This document shows positions 10,942 to 21,758 of a stretch of 64,000 bases of DNA, in pieces. The position numbers and the translations under genes were made by a program. Source of the stretch: Squalus acanthias. Lineage: Eukaryota. Below the pieces are notes generated by a model that saw nothing but the letters and a program-made list of their open reading frames with translations, searched no databases and was not told the origin of the DNA. The DNA lies in contig CM059431.1 in the NCBI GenBank assembly GCA_030390025.1, forward strand, positions 100,814,001-100,878,000, given 5' to 3'. Numbering within the stretch: the first letter of the stretch is position 1; every line of letters begins with the position of its first letter.

Positions 10942-12734
10942 CTGAGGGGGAGACAAACACCAAAAAAGAAGTAGCTTAATGACGGATGAAGAGTGGTTAT
11001 CAGAGCATTAATTGCTAGGAAGTTAATATCAATATTTAACATGGGAAAATGAATGTGTCATTCCCACCACCTTTGTTAATATTCTCCCATCCTCTCCTGG
11101 CTGTAATAAGTCCTTGCTGAGGCACAGGGCCAGGAGCTACAGCTGCCCTCTAGTACCTGGCCCAAGGGGACATTATTCATGTATAAGCCTTCCACTTATC
11201 ACTAGATAGTAATCAGGCGCATGAGCCTGGCTGATTTTCCCCTCCTTAACCTAAAGGGGTTGACGTAAATGTAATATCCCTACTAATTAACTAACAGAGA
11301 AAACCTGGCCCAACATTTATACCCTATGTGTAAAACCCAGAATCCTATTCATCTTTTATGGTCTTTTCTACCTGCATTCGACCTTTGCAGATCTATGTGT
11401 CTGCACTCCTAGCTCTCTCTGTCCCCCAACGTTAACCCTATTTTATGGGTATATTTCCTTTCATTGTTATTTGCCAAAATATATGACTTCACGTTTCTCT
11501 ATATTGAATTGCATCTGCCATCTATCTCCCCGCTCCACTAACCTGTGTTCTCCATCGATTCTCTATGTTCCTGCTCAATTTGCCATGCCCCTTAATTTGG
11601 TAGCTGCAAATTAAAACATCATTCCTTCTCTGCCTATGACCAAATCATTTTCATAAATGGAAAACAAAAGTCCCAGCACAGATCCCTGGGCACATTAATA
11701 TCCAAAAGACATACATTAACCCCACTGTTTTCATTGTTCTGGCAAGCTCTGTATCCACATGGCAACATTCCCTTTCATGCAATGTGCTTTAATTTTCATA
11801 ACACGTCTCTGATGTGGTACTTTACAAGGCTCTGTAGCTGCATAAATACAAGACCTCTTTTATTAATGATTCCACTCTGCACTCATCAACTTCCTTCAGA
11901 CTGCACACCATCTGTGCACATAACTTCAATTTTTCGCAATCCGATAGCTGAATCACTACATCCAGATCTCCTCCGTGCCCTTTGATTGAAGAATTTAATT
12001 GTCCTAAGATACAGGTTCCTCATGCTTCTCACAAGCCTAAACAACTACCAAATTTACCTTCAATGGCACCAACTTTAGCCCTTCTATTTCTGCTGACATT
12101 CTTGTCCTATCTCCTCTGACGTCAGATACTTCTCCATAACTTCTCCATTGCTAAAGCTGCCTTCAAGAAGCTTGATTTCCTCTTCCCCTCCCCCTCCCTA
12201 CAGCTCTTTAATTGTTCCCCCACCCCTCAAAAGCTCGCTATAAAGCACAAGTGGTTCCAAGACTTGAATACTGCTCCCATTTCTAGAGTCTTCAAATACA
12301 TCTTGCACACTACTTGAAAAAGCTAGCCATTCAACAAATGATCCCACTCTCATTTTCGCCTTCCAACCTTTCTCGTTGGTTTCTTTATTGATACTTGTCA
12401 ACATTTCTCTGAACATTCCTCTCTTGTTGATACAAAACACCATCCTACACACTCTTCCTCCTCATTCCATCCTCACTGTGTTGAAACCAAGGATCATCAC
12501 ATAGCCTCGTACCATAACTCATTCTTTCCCAGTACCTCACTGCAAACTCCTTACTTACCCCCCCAGTCTTTCTTCCATCCAACATTCTTAAAACCCATGC
12601 TTTACATCACCTCATCGCTACTACTTAATTTACCACAGGTTTTTGTTCCACTCTTTTCAACTTTGGTGGTGTCCTGTACTATATGCCATGGCCCTTTTAA
12701 CCTCAGTTTATCAAAATTAAAAAAAACTTCCAAG

Positions 12735-13098
12735 CATAGAATTACATTGAATGTACAGCACAGAAATAAGCCATTTGGCCCAACAGGTCCACACGAGCCT
12801 CCTCCCACCCCTCTTCATCTTATCCTATCGGCATATCCTTCTATTCCTTTCTCCCTCATGTGTTTATCTAGCTTCCCCTTAAATGCATCTCTGCTATTCA
12901 CCTCAACTACTCATTGTGGTGGCGAGTTCCACATTCTCACCACTCTCTGGGTGGAGAAGTTTCTCCTGAATTCCCTATTGGATTTATTAGTAACTATTTT
13001 AAATTGATGGCCCCTAGTTTTGGTCTCCCCATAAGTGGAAACATCTTCTCTACATCTACCCTACTGAACCCTTTAATAATCTTAAAGGCCTCTATCAA
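12735..13098 (-). mobile_element. CR1 3' fragment abutting the PCCA exon 2 donor
   Basis: Similar to the 7925-8290 CR1 tail. Confidence 0.8.
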
Positions 13099-13109
13099 GC
13101 AGAACTTAC

Positions 13110-13187
13110 AGGTTCATTTGGATCATAAACTGTCGAGTACAACACACGAGAGACAGCAAAGCTGCACCTGGAGCGGGATGATGCATG
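13110..13187 (-). CDS. PCCA: PCCA coding exon 2 (HASSRSRCSFAVSRVLYSTVYDPNEP)
   Basis: 78-bp exon (26 codons, as in the human segment [26 protein letters not shown]), acceptor tttttctag and donor GTAAGT, phase 0. Confidence 0.92.
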
Positions 13188-13329
13188 CTAGAAAAACAAA
13201 CATAAATCACATTAGAACTCTGATGTACTGAAATCAGGGCAACATTCAGTGTCACATTCAACAACAACTTGCATTTATATAGCACCTTTAATGTAGCAAA
13301 ATGTCCCAAGGTGCTTCACAGGAGCGATT

Positions 13330-13642
13330 ATGGAGTAGACTAGGCCTATATTCCCTAGAGTTTAGAAGAATGAGAAGTGATCTAATTGAAACATATAAAA
13401 TTCTTAAGGGGCTTGACAGGGTAGATGCTGGGAGGATGTTTCCCCAGGCTGGAGAGTCCAGAACTAGGGGGGGTCATAATCTCAGAATAAGGGGTCGGCC
13501 TTTTAGGACTGAGATGAGGAGAAGTTTCTTCACTCAGAGGGTTGTGACTCTTTGGAATTCTCTACCCCAGAGGGCTGTGGATGCTCAGTCATTGAGTATA
13601 TTCAAGACAGAGATGGATACTAAGGAAACCAAGGGAAATGGG
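13330..13642 (+). mobile_element. CR1 3' fragment, resuming at ~14635-14750 after the Penelope insertion
   Basis: RLGLYSLEFRRMRSDLIETYKILKGLDRVD...FFTQRVVTLWNSLP. Confidence 0.85.
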
Positions 13643-13644
13643 TG

Positions 13645-14628
13645 TCTCCACATTCAACGGATCATCCTCCGCCATTTCCGCCACCTCCAACGTGATCCCA
13701 CCACCAAACGTATCTTCCCCTCACCTCCCCTTTCAGCATTCCGTAGGGACCGCTCCCTCCGAGACACCCTAGTCCACTCCTCTATCACCCCCAGCACCCC
13801 TTCCCCTGGCACCTTCCCGTGCAAGCGCAGGAGATGCAACACCTGCCCTTATACATCCCCCCTTCCCACTCTCCAGGGCCCCAAACACCCCTTCCAGGTG
13901 AAACAGCGATTTACTTGTACTTCTTGCAATCTAGTATACTGTATTCGCTGCTCACGATGTGGTCTCCTCTACATTGGGGAGACCAAACGCAGATTGGGTG
14001 ACCGCTTTGCGGAACACCTCCGTTCAGTCCGGAAGGGTGACCCCGAGCTTCCGGTCGCTTGTCATTTTAATTCACCCCTCCACGCTCACTCAGACCTCAC
14101 CGTCCTCGGCTTCTTGCATTGTTCCACGGAAGCGCAGCGTAAGCTCCAGGAACAGCACCTCATCTTCCGTTTAGGCACTTTACAGCCTTCCGGACTCAAT
14201 ATCGAGTTCAACAATTTCAGATCATAACCCCGGCCCCTACCACATATGTATACATTTTATCCACTCCTTTGGTCCGTGCCTTTTTCCTTTTTTTCTCTCT
14301 CTCCCCCCACGGCAGCTGTCTCTGATTCTGCCAGCATTTCACACCTTACCTTTTGTTTCTCAACCTGTCCCATTACCATCTCGTCTTGCCTTGAGCATCT
14401 CTCAATGTCTCTACTCACTAAAGACCATCCCTTTTGTTCTTTTATTCCTCCCCCCAGCCTCCCCCTTGCATTTTTATCTGTTTATTTCTTGCTCTCTCAG
14501 TTCCGACGAAGGGTTTCGACCTGAAACGTTAACTCTCTTTCTCTCTCCATGGATGTTGCCTGGCCTGCTGAGTTTTTCCAGCATTTTCTGTTGTTATTTC
14601 TGATTTCCAGCATCCGCAGTATTTTGCT
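13645..14628 (+). mobile_element. Penelope-like element (Neptune-type) 3' part: Cys-rich linker, GIY-YIG endonuclease and pLTR
   Basis: CKRRRCNTC, NLVYCIRCSRCGLLYIGETKRRLGDRFAEH...PSGLN, stop at 14227. The downstream pLTR has a hammerhead-like motif at 14499-14534. Confidence 0.92.
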
Positions 14629-15227
14629 ATCGTAATAGTGCAGAAGGTGTAGTTGAGGTAGAAGATCAGCCAATATCTTATTGAATGGCGGAGCAGGCTT
14701 GAAGGGCGGAATGGCCTACTCCTGCTCCTATTTCTTACATTCATATGATTATGAGACAGCATTTGACACCAAGCCATATAAGGAGATATTAGGACAGGTG
14801 ACCAAATGCTTGGTCAAAGAGTTAGGTTTTAAGGAGTGTCTTAAAGGAGGAGAGAGTGAGGTGGAGAGGTTTCAGAACTCAGAACAAACTAAGGAACATA
14901 GGAACAGGATGAGGACATTCAGCCCCTCGAGCCTTTCAATTAGATTATGGCTGATCTGTGTCTTAACTCCATTTACCCGCCTTGGTTCCATAACCCTTAA
15001 TACCCTTACCCAACAAAAATCTATCAATCTCAGTTTTGAAATTTTCAATTGACCCCCGGCCTCAATAGCTTTTTGGGGGAGAGAGTTCCAGATTTCCACT
15101 CCCTTTGTGTGAAGAAGTGCTTCCTGACATCACCCCTGAACGACCTGGCTCTAATTTTAAGGTTATGCCCCCTTGTTCTGGACCCTCCCACCAGAGGAAA
15201 TAATTTTTCTCTGTCTACTCTATCAAC

Positions 15228-15425
15228 ACCAGGTTATAGTCCAACAGGTTTATTTGAAATCACAAGCTTTCGGAGCGGCTGCTCCTTCGTCAGGTGAAGT
15301 GAAGAGGAAGGAGCAGCAGCTCCGAAAGCTTGTGATTTCAAATAAAACTGTTGGACTATAACCTGGTGTTGTGCAACTTCTCACTTTTGTCCACCCCAGT
15401 CCAACACCGGCATCTCCGCATCATG
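15228..15425. mobile_element. Foldback Penelope pLTR mini-element with hammerhead motif
   Basis: Inverted arms. TSD TACTCTATCAAC at 15216-15227 and 15426-15437. Confidence 0.85.
15260..15297 (-). ncRNA. Minimal hammerhead ribozyme motif
   Basis: UCAC-CUGACGA-A-GGAGC(AGCC)GCUCC-GAA-AGCU-U-GUGA. Confidence 0.75.
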
Positions 15426-16107
15426 TACTCTATCAACGCCTTTAATCGTCTTAAACACCTCAATTAGATCACCACAAGGGTCAAATCTGTAATCCTTCTG
15501 GTCTGTATAACTCAAAATGACACTTGGGCCCCAATTTTAACTCCAGGTGGATTCCGAGTTAAAATTACAGTCGGGTCTCAATGATGTCATCGGGCCGCAA
15601 CATGCATATGTAAAGTAGGACCCTGCCGGCTCCGGGCGCCTGTCCTTGCTGCCCGCTCAGGAGAAAATGTTAAAATTGCGGATGTTGCGATCATGGTGGC
15701 TTTCGGACAGGGAAGAGCCAGGGTGATTTTAACTGCCCGCCCGCCAGGTTTCTGCTGAGCGAGTAGGGTTAGGTGTCATACCTACTGAAGAACTGTGGAA
15801 CCAGAGCAGGGGCATTAAGTCACAATGCTGTCGAGAGATGGGGGAGAACACCAATATACAGAACTCAAAAGTAGCCATTCTATGAGTTTAAAACCAACTT
15901 CAATTCAGCAGTTCTGAAGAGAAGGGGGGAACACTGCTACTGTTCAAGGCGTTAAGTAACATCTCCCTCAACTGTCTCACAGCAGTCTCCTGCGATCCAG
16001 AAGTTGCACCTTTTTCATATTCTGCCTTCACAGAAGTGCACCAAGTGAGGTTAAAAAAAAATCACAATTGTTTGTTTCATTTCATCGTAATACACACTGT
16101 TTAAATA

Positions 16108-16538
16108 GTGTCAGCCGTGGCTCAGTGGGTAGCACCCTTGCCTTTGAGTCAGAAGGTTGTGGGTTCAAGTCCCACTCCAGAGACCTGAGCACAAAATCTC
16201 CCAGTGCAGTACTGAGGGAGCGCTGCACTGTCGGAGGTGCCGTCTTTCAGATGAGATGTTAAACCGAGGCTCCGTCTGCCCTCTCAGGTGGACGTAAAAG
16301 ATCCCACGGCACTATTTCGAAGAAGAGCAGGGGAGTTCTCCCCGGTGACCTGGCTAATATTTATCCCTCAACTAACACATAAAAACAGATTATCTGGTCA
16401 TTTATTTCATTGTTGTTTGTGGGAGTTTGCTGTGCGCAAATTGGCTGCCGTATTTCCCACAATATAACAGTGACGAGATTTCAAAAGTACTTAATTTGCT
16501 GTAAAGTGTTTCGGGACATCCTGAGGTCGTGAAAGACA
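16108..16538 (+). mobile_element. tRNA-derived Deu-domain SINE (SacSINE1/AmnSINE-like) with L2-type tail
   Basis: A box TGGCTCAGTGGG, B box GGTTCAAGTCC, and Deu-like core GGAGGTGCCGTCTTTCAGATGAGATGTTAAACCGAGG...AAAAGATCCC. Confidence 0.8.
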
Positions 16539-16699
16539 GCACCTCCGTCAGTGCAGCACTCCCTCAGTACCACAACCTACCACATCTATGAGTAATAAAA
16601 CCCACTGCGCTGCCACCAACAGTTGGGGCATTTAGTACCATCTTCTCCTGTGATCTTTATGCCCTGCAACCCGAAAGTTGTACTCTGTGCTATTAACAG

Positions 16700-17665
16700 T
16701 ATCAACTATTCACAGTATTTAGTAACGACTTAGATGATGGCATAGAAGGTCATATGTCCAAATCTGCCGATGACACAAAGATAGGCAGCATTGTAGGCAG
16801 TGTAGATGGAAGCATAAAATTACAAAGGAATAACGACAGATTAAGTGAATGGGCAAAACTGTGGCAAATGGATTTCAATGTAGGCAAATGTGCGGTCATC
16901 CACTTTGGACCTAAAAAGGATAGAACAGGGTACTTTCTAAATGGTGAAAAGCTAAAAACAGTGGCGGTCCAAAGAGACTTGGGGGTCCAGGTACACAGAT
17001 CATTAAAATGTCACGAACAGGTACAGAAAATAATCAAAAAGGCTAATGGAATGCTGGCCTTTATATCTAGAGGACTAGACTACAAGGGGGTAGAAGTTAT
17101 GCTGCAGCTGTACAAAACCCTGGTTAGACCACACCTGGAGTATTGTGAGCAGTTCTGGGCACCACACCTTAGGAAGGATATATTGGCCTTGGAGGGAGTG
17201 CAGTGTAGGTTTACCAGAATGATACCCGGACTCCAAGGGTTAAGTTACGAGGAGATTACACAAATTAGGGTTGCATTCCCTGGAATTTAGACGGTTAAGG
17301 GGTGATCTGATCGAAGTTTTCAAGATATTAAGGGGAACAGATAGGGTAGATCGAGAGAAACTATTTCCACTTGTTGGGGATTCTAGGACTAGGGGCCATA
17401 GTCTAAATATTAGAGCCAGACCTTTCAGGAGTGAAATTAGGAAACACTTCTACACACAAAGGGTGGTAGAAGTTTGGAACTCTCTTCCACAAACGGCAAT
17501 TGATGCTAGATCAATTGTTAATTTTAAATCAGAGATTGATAGCTTTCTGTTAACCAGAAGTATTAAAGGATATGGACCAAAGGCGGGTACATGGAGTTAG
17601 GTTGCACTGAATGGCAGAGCAAGCTCGAGCGGCTAAGTGGCCTACTCCTGTTCCTATGTTCTTAT
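16700..17665 (+). mobile_element. CR1 LINE 3' part
   Basis: ORFs 16754-17290 (ADDTKIG...LVRPHLEYCEQFWAP) and 17271-17600, followed by the 3' UTR. Confidence 0.92.
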
Positions 17666-17997
17666 GTGCTGTTAGGGAGGGAGTTCCAGGATTTTGACCC
17701 AGCGACAATGAAGGAACGGTGATATATTTCCAAGATGGTGTGTGACTTGGAGGGGAACTTGGAGGTGCTGCTCTCCTGTGCCTGCTGCCCTTGTCCTTGT
17801 CCTTCTAGGTGGTAGAAGTCGCGGGTTTGGGAGGTGCTGTCGAAGACACCTTGGTGAGTTGCTGCAGTGCATCTTGTAGATGGTACACACTGCAGCCATG
17901 GTACGCCGGTGGTGGAGGGAGTGAATGTTTAAGGTGGTGGATGGGGTCCCAATCAAGCGGGCTGCTTTGTCCTGGATGGTGTCGAGCTTCTTGAGTT
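17665..17997 (-). mobile_element. Fragment of the LINE family at 45316-48577
   Basis: IGTPSTTLNIHSLHHRRTMAAVCTIYKMHCSNSPR. Confidence 0.85.
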
Positions 17998-18099
17998 AAC
18001 AGTTTTACTGGAGTTTACAGTTTTATTCTGCACTATCCAATTCTTTTTGAAATGACAAACATGAGCACCCCCCACACACAGCAGAAGCTTAAACACTAA

Positions 18100-18681
18100 G
18101 GGGCGGGTGCGGCGCCGCTAACGCCTCCCGCGAAATTCAGCAGGAGGTTAGCGGCGGTGATAACCGTTCGCGCCCCACAGCGCTGCGCCTCCAGTGATGA
18201 CATCATCGCCGTGCGCTGCGCCCCGGCCGCAATCTTCGGTAGCACCTCCTGACTTACCGCCGGGCGCTACGTCCGACAGGGTCAAGGGGGCCTACCTGCG
18301 GCCGGGGCGGCACAAATTAAAGGGGAGGTGCTGGGCGGCCATTTTTGTTGCTGGCCACCTGCCAGCACCTGCCCCCGTTGCCGTCCCCGGCCTCCTGTGA
18401 AGCGCCCCCCTGCACGGGTGCCGGCTGCGCTCCATGAGCCCGGCACTCCGATCCCTGGTGGCCCAGCTGGGCCCCGGGTCGCGCTGTGCTAGGCCCCTCC
18501 CCTTTAATAAGGGGAGGAAGGCCTGCAGTAGCGCCGCAATATTCACTCACAGCGCCCCAAGAGGGAGGGGGAGTGCTTCCAGTAGCGCCCCGCCTCCCTC
18601 TTGGGGTGCTACCGGTGAATTTCGGGTGCGGGGGTGCTAATTTTTAGCGCCCCAAAGGGGGCGCGACCCAATTTTGCCCCC
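18100..18681. mobile_element. GC-rich Harbinger-like MITE
   Basis: Termini GGGGC / AATTTTGCCCCC, flanked by TAA at 18097-18099 and 18682-18684. Repeated TAGCGCC motifs. Confidence 0.6.
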
Positions 18682-19096
18682 TAAAGCCACTATTATATTT
18701 ATTTACAAATTGTGATATGAAGCACTAGAAGCAGCAAACACTAAATGTACAATACATTTATAAAAACACATTGGGGCAGAAATTCGGCTGTTGTCGGGTG
18801 AGTACGCACTGTGTACTCACCCGTGGACGGAACGAAAGTGCCGGTTTCTTGCATGCACTGCACATGCGCGGGAAACCGGCACTTCCGTTCCCCTGAGGAA
18901 AGGGGTTCAGAGGTCGAACGCGCACGCCGGAGGGCCAGCGCGTTCGCCTTGCACTTCGGGTTTTTTTTTTTACAAGTTCCTCCGTGAGGGTAAACACGGA
19001 GAAGATACACTTTTAAAAAGGATGCGCAAGGCCTTCTTTTAACAAAAATGAGAAGTCGCACAACACCAGGTTATAGTCCAACAGATTTATTTAAAA

Positions 19097-19134
19097 TTAC
19101 AAGCTTTCGGAGCTATCGCCCCTTCTTCAGGTAA
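19097..19134 (-). ncRNA. Minimal hammerhead ribozyme motif
   Basis: UUAC-CUGAAGA-A-GGGGC(GAUA)GCUCC-GAA-AGCU-U-GUAA on the minus strand. Confidence 0.75.
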
Positions 19135-19171
19135 AGTTACAATGGAACTTTACCTGAATCCCATTGTAACT

Positions 19172-19209
19172 TTACCTGAAGAAGGGGCGATAGCTCCGAA
19201 AGCTTGTAA
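19172..19209 (+). ncRNA. Minimal hammerhead ribozyme motif
   Basis: TTAC-CTGAAGA-A-GGGGC-GATA-GCTCC-GAA-AGCT-T-GTAA. Confidence 0.75.
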
Positions 19210-21144
19210 TTTTAAATAAATCTGTTGGACTATAACCTGGTGTTGTGCGACTTCTCATTTTTGTCCACCCCAGTCCAACGCCGGCATCTCCACATCATTC
19301 TTTTAACAAGGTAAGTGTTGATTTTATTAAAATTTTAACATTTTTTTCCACAGATTTATCTTTTTTAATTACTTTAAAGAAAGGTAAGTTTAGTTTTAGC
19401 CCCGTTAAAAAATGTAATTAATTTTTTCAAAAATTAAAATTTTTGTTTAAAAGAGTTAATTAATGTAATTTATAGTTATTTTAAAAATGTGATTTTTAAA
19501 AAAAAGTATTTGTAGTTTAGGGATGTTTTGGGGCCGATCTGTATTCATAGATTTGACAGGTCTCCCTGTCAAATCTATGAATGAAAGATGGTCTGCTGCC
19601 ATTGGCTCTCCATGGCCCACGTGATCCCAGGGGACGCATCGCACTAACTACGCCCCTGGGATACACGAGCACTGCACGCCGGCAGCTGCAGGAGGCCCAG
19701 GACCCGAAGTTCCCGTGGGCCCAGAGGTCAACGGCAGGCGCAGTAGGTAGGTGCGCGCGCGATCCTTGCACCCGCGGGAAGCCAGGGAGCTGAATTTCTG
19801 GCCCATAGAGAATATCCATAATTAGCCGTGAGGAAAAGTGACTACTGATCTGGTTCTGGTAAATTAATCTGTTCATTTGACAAGCAAAAATCGACGCCTT
19901 CCACTGTGACTTCTACCCGTCTCCCCTCCAGCTTCCAGCTTCAAATCTCACTGAGATCTTCACAATCTGCTCTGGCCAACAGCTTTCAAAAGAACTTGTC
20001 TGCTGTCTCAACGCTCCTACTTTAACCGGAGGTATCAAATGCAACACTTCTGGGAACTCTTAGGTGTTGGGCTTCCCCCACATCCTGCACCACCCCCCCC
20101 CCCCCACCGCCCCAAAAGAAAATCAAAGAATACTTCATGCATAAATCCAATTAAAAATGAGATACTTCACAAAGTATATATCTTAATTGATAGAACGTCG
20201 ACCAAGATATAAACAATTCGCGAGTCTGTGCTGAATGTACCAGTCACAACAATGGAATACACCACATTATTTTGATCAAAAGAATCGCCTACTAATTAAA
20301 AACAAACCACTGCGATCTTAGATCAAAGACATCATTTGAACATCAAAGTCACAGTGACAAACAACTCAGACTGTCACAGATACCTTACATGCTAATACAA
20401 AATCCTAAACGTAAAAATAAACCACTAACGGCCCCAGCAATCTCAAATCAAGAGCCACAATCAGTCAGGCCCACTGTCACCATCCCCCCACAGGACTGGC
20501 GTTGCCAACTCTGGATGGACATATTCCAGGAGGCTTTACCACATGTCCTCCCTCCTCCAGCAGCCTTTTCTCCCATCCCCACTGTATTTATAACTAATAA
20601 ACGGAAGTGTTCACACAAAATGAAAAAAAAACCCACTTTTTTTTAATGCCGCTGTGATTTTTCTCCCGGGGTTGCTCGCAGCAGTGTCCATAGAATCGTC
20701 GAATCTTACAGCACAGAAGGAGGCCATTCGCCCCGTCTTGCCTGTGCCAGCTCTTTGAAAGAGCTCTCCAATTAGTCCCACACCCCATCTTTTTCCCCCG
20801 AACCCTGCAAATTAGTTCTCTTCAAGTATATGTCCAATTGCCTTTTGAAAGTTCCTACAAAATCTGATTCCACCACCCTTTCAGGTAGCGTGTCCCAGAT
20901 CTTAACAACTCATTGTGTGAAACATTTCTCATTTCCCCTCTAGTCCTTTTGCCAATTATCTTAAATCTCTGACCTCCGGTTCCCAACCCACTTGCCAGAG
21001 GAAACAGTATCTCCCTACTTGCGCTATCAAAACCCTTCATAATTTTGAATACCTCTATTAGGTCTCCCTTTAACCTTCTCTGCACTAAGGAGAACAAACC
21101 CAGCTTCTCCAGTCTCTACACATAACTGAACTCCCTTATTCCTG

Positions 21145-21758
21145 ATGTGGAGATGCCGGCGTTGGACTGGGGTGGACAAAAATGAGAAGTCGCACAACAC
21201 CAGGTTATAGTCCAACAGATTTATTTAATTTTACAAGCTTTCGGAGCCGTTCGCTCCTTCCTCAGGTAAGTTAGCAGTGAGAGAATCTCCCAGAATTCAC
21301 AATTTAAACACAGACAAAATCTATTCAAATCTTTCCCTACATCAAAGACACACTAAGAGCACAGCCAAGACAATGAGATGTGTCCCAGGGGGTCCAACGT
21401 GTCAAACCACCTGCTGGCTGCATATCCTGTCAATTTGTGTTGGTTCTTGTGTTAGTCTTTTTAAAAAAAAAACACCTGGGAAGACCGGCCATGATGTCAA
21501 GTCACGTTCTGTATCGTGACATGAACCCGATATCGCGATTGAGGCCATCCTCATGAGTGCGGAACTTGGCTATCAGTTTCTGCTCTATGATTTTGCGCTG
21601 TCGTGTATCCCGAAGGCCGCCTTGGAGAACGCTTACCCGCAGATCCGAGGCTGAATGCCCCTGGCTGCTGAAGTGTTCCCCGACTGGGAGGCAACCCTCC
21701 TGCCTGGCGATTGTTGCGCGGTGTCCGTTCATACGTTGTCTCAGTGTCTGCATGGTCT
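21145..21758 (-). mobile_element. 5'-truncated Penelope-like element: GIY-YIG C-terminus and pLTR
   Basis: ORF 21502-21753 TLRQRMNGHR...PVGEHFS..GH...EQKLIAKFRTHEDGLN. TSD CTTATTCCTG at 21135-21144 and 21759-21768. The pLTR is the same family as the foldback mini-elements. Confidence 0.9.
21231..21269 (-). ncRNA. Minimal hammerhead ribozyme motif in Penelope pLTR
   Basis: UUAC-CUGAGGA-A-GGAGC(GAACG)GCUCC-GAA-AGCU-U-GUAA. Confidence 0.75.

Larger units (their letters stand above)
14890..15470 (-). mobile_element. CR1 3' fragment hosting a Penelope-derived mini-element
   Basis: Similar to CR1 copies at 30297-30560 and 50445-50850. Confidence 0.8.
19046..19297. mobile_element. Foldback Penelope pLTR mini-element with two divergent hammerhead motifs
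   Basis: 104-bp inverted arms 19042-19145 / 19161-19264. TSD TTCTTTTAACAA at 19034-19045 and 19298-19309. Confidence 0.9.
18773..19804. mobile_element. PIF/Harbinger-type MITE, interrupted by a Penelope mini-element
   Basis: TIRs GGGGCAGAAATT / AATTTCTGGCCC. Internal similarity to 29566-30293. Confidence 0.75.

Noticed and set aside
13301..14227. 308-aa ORF as a novel CR1/GIY-YIG fusion protein
   Set aside because: A chance in-frame join of an antisense L2 tail, a CR1 C-terminus and an inserted Penelope fragment. The CR1 tail resumes after the PLE.
16108..16185. tRNA gene candidates (also ~34180-34245, ~45316-45395, ~49375-49430)
   Set aside because: They are A/B-box heads continuous with SINE or LINE bodies and show no complete cloverleaf.
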